A stretch of 64,000 bases of DNA from the IMG/VR virus record IMGVR_UViG_3300028394_002328, positions 124,001 through 188,000 of that record. One strand, 5' to 3'. The notes beneath the pieces were generated by a model. The model saw nothing but the letters and a program-made list of their open reading frames with translations, searched no databases and was not told the origin of the DNA. How positions within the stretch are numbered: position 1 is the stretch's first letter; each line of letters starts with the position of its first letter. Of the stretch, positions 55,701 to 62,086 are shown in pieces. The position numbers and the translations under genes are program-made.

Positions 55701-57792
55701 TGTAAGTGGATATTCAGGATCAGGTGTAAGTGGATATTCAGGATCAGGAATCAGTGGATATTCAGGTCTTTCAGGCTTTAGTGGTAGCCCGGGTATTTCA
55801 AGTAGTTACTTCAACTATCTCGCTGATGCTAATACTCAGAGTGCGCCACCTGGACTTGGTGATATTATTTGGAATAATAGTACACAAATAAATTCTACTC
55901 AACTGTTCATAAATCATATAACCACAGATAGCATTGATATTGACATATTCTTAGCATTACTAAGCCAAACAGAAAATATTACTATACAAGATACCTCACT
56001 GAGTGACAATTATCAGATATTTGAAATTAATGGTACTCCTACAAATAATACTGGATATTGGACTGTCCCAGTAGTGGCAGTGGGTTCAGGCGGAACAGGC
56101 ACTACTAATTTTGCTAATAACTTACCCGTAATCTTAGCAATAACTAACGGTGTAAGTGGATTCTCAGGTTATTCAGGTGTAAGTGGATATAGTGGAATAG
56201 GTGGTACATTAACTTCAACTGTAGATAATTTTACTGGCAATGGATCTCAAACAGCATTCACACTAAGTGTGACACCTACAAGTATTAATTATACACTAGC
56301 AGCAGTAGGCGGTGTGTTACAACCTGTTACAGCATACACTGTAGTAGGTACAACTTTGACATTTAGTTCTGCACCAAGTAATGGAGAAATAATACAAGTC
56401 ACAACTCTAGGTGGATATGCTTATGCGCCGGGCGCTATATCAGGATATAGTGGTTATTCAGGTACATTGGGTGTAAGTGGCTATTCAGGTGTTTCAGGAT
56501 ATACTGGAACTAGCGGATATACAGGCATCAGTGGCTATACTGGAGTAAGTGGATATTCAGGTTCAGGTATCAGTGGATATACTGGAGTAAGTGGTTACAC
56601 AGGTGTCAGTGGATATTCAGGATCAGGCATCAGTGGGTATTCAGGTACTTCAGGCTATACTGGAGTAAGTGGTTACACAGGTGTTAGTGGTTACACAGGT
56701 GTCAGTGGTTACTCAGGAGTAAGTGGATATTCAGGAGTAAGTGGATATTCAGGTACATCAGGTGTTAGTGGGTATTCAGGCATAAGTGGTTATACTGGTG
56801 TCAGTGGATACACCGGTGTCAGTGGTTACACAGGTACTTCAGGATACACCGGTGTCAGTGGTTACACAGGTACTTCAGGATATACCGGAACAAGTGGATA
56901 TTCAGGTACATCAGGTGTAAGTGGCTATACTGGAGTAAGTGGATATTCAGGTATCAGTGGCTACTCAGGGTCAGGTATAAGTGGTTATTCAGGTCTAGGT
57001 TACGGAGGGCTAACATCTGGAACAAGTCTAACAATTGTAAGTAGTGGGACAGTCACATTCACTACAAATTTATCAGATACACAAACCGCATTTAGAACCG
57101 GTCAACGAGTAAGAGCATTCTTCACTACAGCAAACACCAACTATATGGAAGGCACTATTAATTCATTTAGTGGTACTACACTACAATTAAGTGTGACTAA
57201 TTCTTCTACTGCGGGGATTGGCCCTCTTAGTTCTTGGGCTTTTGTAGCTGCTGGCGTACAAGGTGACAGTGGAACTAGCGGGTACACGGGTATCAGCGGT
57301 TATACGGGTACTTCAGGATACACTGGCACTAGTGGTTATTCAGGTGCTACAGGTCCTGTCGGAGGATCTAATACACAAGTTTTATATAATAATGGTGGTG
57401 TAGCGGCTGGATCTGCTAATTTAACATGGAGCGGTACAACACTATCAATAACTGATGGCGCTTCAAATATGTATGCTGTTGGTTATAAAGCAGTACCACA
57501 AAGTGCTACTACATCAGGTAATTTTGCCTTAACAGATAGCGCTAAACATGTTTATGTATCTGCCGGGGTAACAGTGCCTCCTAATAGTACCGCAGCATTT
57601 GATATAGGTACTGTATTGACCGTTGTAAATTCTAGTGCTTCTTCAATAACTGTTACACAAGGTGTAGGAGTAACTATGAGACAAACCGGTACAGCAAGTA
57701 CTGGTAATAGAACTCTTGCTAGTTATGGCTTATGCAGTATTATTAAAGTTGCTACTGATACTTGGTATATTTCAGGAACTGGGTTGACTTAA
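52765..57792 (+). CDS. Second giant Gly-X-Ser fibre protein (1675 aa) with interspersed globular modules
   Basis: FP.SPTVGQTYT..KTW.W.G..W N-terminus; six Gly-X-Ser blocks; three FTG.G.QT.F modules; YFNYLAD module shared with 9516; C-terminal GTASTGNRTLASYGL..IIKVATDTW..SG.GL domain. Confidence 0.85.
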   Translation: MATFVFPTSPTVGQTYTFSTKTWVWTGYAWVLQANGAINNLPIGNATPSTGVFTTLQATTSANLGTVSNVYIAGGTSGYILKTDGSGNLTWTDPTGYSGYSGISGYSGGTGSNGSSGYSGTSGISGYTGVSGYTGTSGISGYTGASGISGYTGISGASGYTGTSGISGYTGVSGYSGSSGYYGQDGASGYSGMSGYTGASGISGYTGASGTSGYTGVSGYSGTSGYTGTSGISGYTGISGASGYTGTSGISGYSGVTGSNGTSGYSGVSGYSGSSGYYGQDGASGYSGISGYSGIGISGYSGAAGPSNTILATNDTSTTTLYPVLVGAAGSNQTAKVNTGNFVFNASTNTFSTGNINVSGVSNLGPVGNVIITGGSNNAILSTNGSGNLSWSTLSSVLGNFNTINYTGNGVQTTFTVTSGDTANGIFVTQNGLLQVPITDYTVSGSNLVFTSAPANGVAISIRELAGLSGYSGGTGGSGSSGYSGISGYSGSGISGYSGSGISGYSGLGISGYSGESGYSGVSGYTGTSGYTGVSGYSGTSGVSGYSGTSGVSGYTGISGVSGYSGTSGVSGYSGGTGSDGISGYSGVSGYSGSGISGYSGLGISGYSGAAGISGYTGVSGYSGQGGTLTSTVDNFTGDGSQTAFTLSTTPTNINYTIVSVGGVLQPQTTYSVTGSTLTFSSAPVNTVVIQVTTFGGNVFAPGAVSGYSGYSGLGISGYTGASGYTGVSGYTGVSGYTGTSGYSGASGVSGYSGGTGSDGASGYSGLSGYTGTSGISGYTGVSGYSGLSGYTGTSGVSGYTGVSGYTGTSGVSGYSGESGYSGVSGYTGISGYTGISGYTGISGYSGTSGVSGYTGISGYSGTSGVSGYTGTSGISGYSGTSGVSGYSGESGYTGVSGYSGTSGVSGYSGTSGVSGYSGTSGISGYTGTSGYSGTSGVSGYTGTSGTSGVSGYTGVSGYSGTSGISGYTGVSGYTGASGVSGYSGSGVSGYSGSGISGYSGLSGFSGSPGISSSYFNYLADANTQSAPPGLGDIIWNNSTQINSTQLFINHITTDSIDIDIFLALLSQTENITIQDTSLSDNYQIFEINGTPTNNTGYWTVPVVAVGSGGTGTTNFANNLPVILAITNGVSGFSGYSGVSGYSGIGGTLTSTVDNFTGNGSQTAFTLSVTPTSINYTLAAVGGVLQPVTAYTVVGTTLTFSSAPSNGEIIQVTTLGGYAYAPGAISGYSGYSGTLGVSGYSGVSGYTGTSGYTGISGYTGVSGYSGSGISGYTGVSGYTGVSGYSGSGISGYSGTSGYTGVSGYTGVSGYTGVSGYSGVSGYSGVSGYSGTSGVSGYSGISGYTGVSGYTGVSGYTGTSGYTGVSGYTGTSGYTGTSGYSGTSGVSGYTGVSGYSGISGYSGSGISGYSGLGYGGLTSGTSLTIVSSGTVTFTTNLSDTQTAFRTGQRVRAFFTTANTNYMEGTINSFSGTTLQLSVTNSSTAGIGPLSSWAFVAAGVQGDSGTSGYTGISGYTGTSGYTGTSGYSGATGPVGGSNTQVLYNNGGVAAGSANLTWSGTTLSITDGASNMYAVGYKAVPQSATTSGNFALTDSAKHVYVSAGVTVPPNSTAAFDIGTVLTVVNSSASSITVTQGVGVTMRQTGTASTGNRTLASYGLCSIIKVATDTWYISGTGLT
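53050..57360 (+). repeat. Interrupted 9-bp-period Gly-X-(Ser/Thr) coding repeats
   Basis: Blocks at about 53050-53685, 54163-54645, 54883-55800, 56152-56205, 56440-57006, 57259-57360. Confidence 0.9.
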
Positions 57793-59570
57793 TGACCTCA
57801 CTATTAGGAATGTTATTGGGTAGTTTAGGTACTTCATCGGGTAATGTACCAGGTGCACCTGGCATTGGTGCAGCTGGTAGGTTGGATAATACTAGTGTTA
57901 CAGTACAATATACCGCACCAGCAAGCGATGGCGGTAGTCCTATTACTAAGTATACCGCAGTTTCTACCCCCGGCGGTATTACAGGAACACTAAATCAGGC
58001 AGGTTCAGGTGTTATTATAGTTAGTGGATTGACAACAGGTACTGCATATACATTTGTAGTATATGCAACTAATAGCGCAGGTAATAGTGCAAATAGTGCT
58101 GCGAGTAATTCTGCAACACCTGCAGGACTACCAGGGACTCCCACAATTGGTACTGCTACAGCCACTGGAACAACAACTGCGACTGTATCATTTACTGCAC
58201 CATCAAGTGACGCTGGTAGTGCTATTACTAGTTATACCGCGGTTTCTACACCTGGCAATATTACTGGAACACTAAGTCAATCAGGTTCAGGTACTATTAG
58301 TGTAAGTGGATTAACCAGTGGCACAGCATACACATTTCAAGTATATGCGACTAATGGTGTTGGTAATAGTTACAATTATAGTGGCAATAGTAATTCTATA
58401 ACAACTTATAGTGTGCCGGTTAATACAGTTGCCCCGGCAGTAACGGGTACAGCAACAAACGGTCAAACTCTTTCAACTACTACAGGTTCGTGGACAGGCA
58501 CTCCAGCCAGTTTTAGTTATGCTTATCAATGGCAAAGATCCGGTACGAATATCGGTAGTGCTAATTCTAGCACATATACTCTAGTCGCGGCTGATGTAGG
58601 TAATACTATTCGGTGTCAAGTAACCGCTACAAATTCAGCTGGTAGTACCGCGGCTAATTCTAATTCTACTGCGGCAGTTGCAGCAATTGTACCAGGTGCA
58701 CCTACTATCGGTGCGGCTACGGCTACCGGAGCATCTACTGCTACTGTCGCATTTACTGCTCCAGCAGATAATGGAGGAGCTACTATTACTAGTTATACCG
58801 CGGTATCTAGTCCCGGCGGTATTACAGGTACATTAAGTCAATCAGGATCCGGTACTATTACTGTTAGTGGCTTAAATGGTAATACCGGGTATACATTTAC
58901 AGTTTATGCAACTAACTCAGCAGGTAATAGTCCTAATAGTGGCTCAAGTAATAGTATAACTACCTCTAGCCAATTATACCAAGCTTTCTTCAATGCTGCT
59001 ACAAATACTCAACTTTATGTAGGTGTTAGCGGTTCATCTATTGCTGCTAGCCAAAACTTTACCGTAGAATGTTGGGGGTATAGACTTAATAGCAATACTC
59101 ATAATTTTTGGAGTATTGGAACTGAAACAACAGGTAGATTACAACTACAGGCTACTTTAGTAGAAGTTTTTGGAGGTGCGTTTACTAGAGGATTTACAGC
59201 ACCTTCAATAAATGCTTGGCATCATTATGCTTTGGTTAGAAATAGTAATGCAATCCAGCTGTATATAGATGGTACAGCACGACTTAGTGCAGGTAGTTAT
59301 AGTAATGCCTTAGGTAATACTGGTCCAGTATACATTGGTACTAGAAGTAATGGTAATATTAATCGTCTTAATGGTTACATGTCAAATTTCCGCATAGTAA
59401 TAGGTACTGCTGTGTATACAGGAACCTTTACTCCACCAAGAACCAATTTACCCGCAATATCGGGCACTAGCCTGTTGACCTTACAAAATTCAAGTGCGAT
59501 TGATAATAGTGGTAATAATCGTACTATAACTAATACTGCTGTAACATTTAGTACACTTAGTGGCTATTAA
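57792..59570 (+). CDS. 3x FN3 + Ig-like + C-terminal LamG/concanavalin-A-like lectin protein
   Basis: ATG at 57792 overlaps the upstream stop (TAATG); NFTVECW, WHHYALVR, LYIDG, NGYMSNFRIV..AVYT..FTPP are LamG_3 motifs. Confidence 0.82.
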   Translation: MTSLLGMLLGSLGTSSGNVPGAPGIGAAGRLDNTSVTVQYTAPASDGGSPITKYTAVSTPGGITGTLNQAGSGVIIVSGLTTGTAYTFVVYATNSAGNSANSAASNSATPAGLPGTPTIGTATATGTTTATVSFTAPSSDAGSAITSYTAVSTPGNITGTLSQSGSGTISVSGLTSGTAYTFQVYATNGVGNSYNYSGNSNSITTYSVPVNTVAPAVTGTATNGQTLSTTTGSWTGTPASFSYAYQWQRSGTNIGSANSSTYTLVAADVGNTIRCQVTATNSAGSTAANSNSTAAVAAIVPGAPTIGAATATGASTATVAFTAPADNGGATITSYTAVSSPGGITGTLSQSGSGTITVSGLNGNTGYTFTVYATNSAGNSPNSGSSNSITTSSQLYQAFFNAATNTQLYVGVSGSSIAASQNFTVECWGYRLNSNTHNFWSIGTETTGRLQLQATLVEVFGGAFTRGFTAPSINAWHHYALVRNSNAIQLYIDGTARLSAGSYSNALGNTGPVYIGTRSNGNINRLNGYMSNFRIVIGTAVYTGTFTPPRTNLPAISGTSLLTLQNSSAIDNSGNNRTITNTAVTFSTLSGY

Positions 59571-59580
59571 TTGTAATTAA

Positions 59581-59588
59581 TATAAATA
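59581..59588 (+). promoter_or_regulatory. Canonical T4 late promoter TATAAATA
   Basis: Exact consensus in the gap before the holin-like gene. Confidence 0.8.
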
Positions 59589-59611
59589 CATAATAATAAA
59601 AAAGGTGTAAA

Positions 59612-60262
59612 ATGTCACAAACAATACTACCAAAGAAAACTGATTTTGAACAGCCAACAGTAACTGATGATTCCCATCATGAATTATTAGCTAACGATCC
59701 AGCAGTTACAGCGATCCCAAAAGGGACAACATATGACAGCTTTAACTCAACAACCAACATACCTGCAAGTGGGCCTACAGCATTTGGCACACCACCAGCA
59801 GGTGAATTCGGGGCATTCGGTGGTTTTGATTCATCAGCAACAACAGGTTTTGGGGCAAATCCAGGGTTCGGGGCGTCAACAAGTTCATTTGGTGGAACAA
59901 CCAACAGCATGGGATCCACCGGCACAAACAATATGAATACGGGCAATCAACCTATACTTACAGGATCAGGTCCGAATGCTGCACAAGGTTCAGATATATT
60001 AGTTACCAATAACAACACAGATTGGATAAATAAAAAATGGCGTCCGGCAATGGGCTGGATATATATGTTAACATGTACTATGGACTTTGTTGTGTTCCCC
60101 ATATTATGGAGTTTATTACAATCCTTGAGTCATGGTAGTGTAACTAGCCAATGGCAACCATTAACACTTCAAGGTGCAGGTCTTTACCATATTGCAATGG
60201 GTGCAGTATTGGGTATAGCGGCATACGGCAGAACAAAAGAAAAAGTTGCCGGGATGTCTTAA
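59612..60262 (+). CDS. 3TM holin-like protein (GTA holin type) with long low-complexity N-terminus
   Basis: DWINKKWRPAMGW.Y...C..DF..FP.LW, W.PLTLQG.GL.H.AMGA.LG..A.GRT.EK. Confidence 0.75.
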   Translation: MSQTILPKKTDFEQPTVTDDSHHELLANDPAVTAIPKGTTYDSFNSTTNIPASGPTAFGTPPAGEFGAFGGFDSSATTGFGANPGFGASTSSFGGTTNSMGSTGTNNMNTGNQPILTGSGPNAAQGSDILVTNNNTDWINKKWRPAMGWIYMLTCTMDFVVFPILWSLLQSLSHGSVTSQWQPLTLQGAGLYHIAMGAVLGIAAYGRTKEKVAGMS

Positions 60263-60282
60263 TTTTTTAAAGGAAATATTAA

Positions 60283-61227
60283 ATGAAAAAAATAATAGAA
60301 ATACTAACAGCAACACTGTTAAGTATTACTTCATCAGTTGTACTTGCTCAAAGTCAAACTCCAGTAAATATCACAACAACTTCTCCACAAGGTAGTCCTG
60401 TTCAGTTTACTAGTTACAGTGGGTTGAATGCTACCTTTACATTTCAAACACAAAACACATTAAATTCTGCATTTTGTAATAGTGGAGCAGGTGATGTATG
60501 TACTCTAGCCACATCACCCAGTGGTGTAAATGCATATCCTATTGCCAATACACGTTGGGGAACATATAAACTTAATAACCCCAATGCAGGTAGTTGTTCC
60601 CCTAGCATTACATTTGGTGGTTCTCAATACTGTTTATTAGAATTTCACTTTCATGGACCATCAGAGCACTGGATAAACAATTCTGTTACTGACCTAGAAG
60701 TACACTTTGTTTATTTTAAACTAGCTGATGTTACAGGTCCTTATGGATTATGTAATGCAGATAGTTTGTTAGTATTAGGTCAACGCATGGTTGGTAACGG
60801 TAGTACACCAAATGCAGCTTGGACCAATGTGTTTAATGCGATTCCAGCTGCTAACAGCACAGGTGCATTATCAGGTCAGACTGTTAGTTTTAACATTGCA
60901 ACAATGATGGGCATGGCCAACTTCAACACAGCACCAAGTTATAGATACAGCGGTGGATTGACTGCACCAATTTCTATTGGCACGTTGGGTGCCGCTAGTA
61001 CCTGTGTTGCAACTACCGATCCTGCTAACAGTCGTCCATGGTGGGGTAATCCACAGCGTCAACTAACACAAGAATCATATCCTCAAATTGTTTCTTGGGT
61101 ATTGTTTAGACAACCAATACAATTGTCTGTGGCACAAGTACAACAATTTAAAACTGTTTTTGCAGATGGCAATGCCCGTGCTGTACAACCAGTAGGTGCT
61201 ACTATTTATTTTGCTAATCCAAACTAA
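60283..61227 (+). CDS. cah: Secreted alpha-class carbonic anhydrase
   Basis: Signal peptide MKKII..VVLA; QTPVNI; EFHFHGPSEH; LEVHFV; YRYSGGLTAP; VSWVLFRQPIQLS..Q; NARAVQP. All three Zn-ligand His residues are present. Confidence 0.9.
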   Translation: MKKIIEILTATLLSITSSVVLAQSQTPVNITTTSPQGSPVQFTSYSGLNATFTFQTQNTLNSAFCNSGAGDVCTLATSPSGVNAYPIANTRWGTYKLNNPNAGSCSPSITFGGSQYCLLEFHFHGPSEHWINNSVTDLEVHFVYFKLADVTGPYGLCNADSLLVLGQRMVGNGSTPNAAWTNVFNAIPAANSTGALSGQTVSFNIATMMGMANFNTAPSYRYSGGLTAPISIGTLGAASTCVATTDPANSRPWWGNPQRQLTQESYPQIVSWVLFRQPIQLSVAQVQQFKTVFADGNARAVQPVGATIYFANPN

Positions 61228-61256
61228 TTGACGGCATACAATTTGTATGCTATATT
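61228..61256 (+). promoter_or_regulatory. Sigma70-type promoter with fully palindromic 17-bp spacer
   Basis: TTGACG-[GCATACAA T TTGTATGC]-TATATT, extended TG; ATG 6 nt downstream. Confidence 0.75.
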
Positions 61257-61262
61257 CATTGA

Positions 61263-62066
61263 ATGACAGATCACTATCAGACTTTGGGGGTAGCTAAAAA
61301 TGCTACCCCTGATGAAATTAAAAAAGCATACCGTAAACTCGCTAGTCAAAATCACCCAGATAAAGGCGGTGATACTGCTACCTTTCAACGAATTGAAGAG
61401 GCATACCGTACACTAAGTGATTCGGAAAAGAGGCAACAATACGACAATCCCATGCCTCAAGGGTTTCCTGGTGGATTCCCCGGTGGATTTCATTTTCAGC
61501 AAGGACCTGACATTAATGACATATTTGGTCAAATGTTTGGTATGCGTCAAGGTAATCCATTTCAACAACCTGGCCATCAAGTATTCAGAACTCAGGTAAT
61601 GCTTACCCTAGAAGAAATGTATACAGGAACACAAAGAGTTCTTAATCTACAATTGCCTACTGGGCTTAAAGCAGTCAATGTTGATGTACCTAAAGGAGTT
61701 GAATCAGGTAGTCAAATTAAATATGAAAACATTGTAAAGAATGGAGTATTAGTTATAGAATTCCATGCCATGCAACATCTTAGATTTGAGCGTAAAAATG
61801 CCGATTTGTATTGTAATCAAAGCATAAGTGTGTTAGACTTGATTGTAGGTACAAGTTTTCATTTCAACACTATTAGTGGAAAAACATTAGAAGTTCAAGT
61901 ACATCCCAAAACACAACCGTGGATGCAACTAAAAATACCAAGACAAGGTATGCCCATACCAAACTCGCATTTATACGGAGACCAAATTATATTGCTTAAA
62001 CCCTTCATTCCTGATACTATGCCCGATGAAATCTCTGAAACTATTTTGCGACACAGAACTGTGTAA
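61263..62066 (+). CDS. dnaJ: DnaJ-class co-chaperone (J domain, G/F region, C-terminal domain, no Zn finger)
   Basis: DHYQTLGV..A..DEIKKAYRKLA..HPDKGG..F..I.EAY..LSD..KR..YD; GFPGGFPGGF. Confidence 0.95.
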   Translation: MTDHYQTLGVAKNATPDEIKKAYRKLASQNHPDKGGDTATFQRIEEAYRTLSDSEKRQQYDNPMPQGFPGGFPGGFHFQQGPDINDIFGQMFGMRQGNPFQQPGHQVFRTQVMLTLEEMYTGTQRVLNLQLPTGLKAVNVDVPKGVESGSQIKYENIVKNGVLVIEFHAMQHLRFERKNADLYCNQSISVLDLIVGTSFHFNTISGKTLEVQVHPKTQPWMQLKIPRQGMPIPNSHLYGDQIILLKPFIPDTMPDEISETILRHRTV

Positions 62067-62069
62067 ATA
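62064..62069 (+). promoter_or_regulatory. Late promoter core overlapping the dnaJ stop
   Basis: TAAATA on the TAA stop, then SD AAGGA before the GTG at 62087. Confidence 0.5.
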
Positions 62070-62086
62070 TTTAAAAGGAAACTAAT

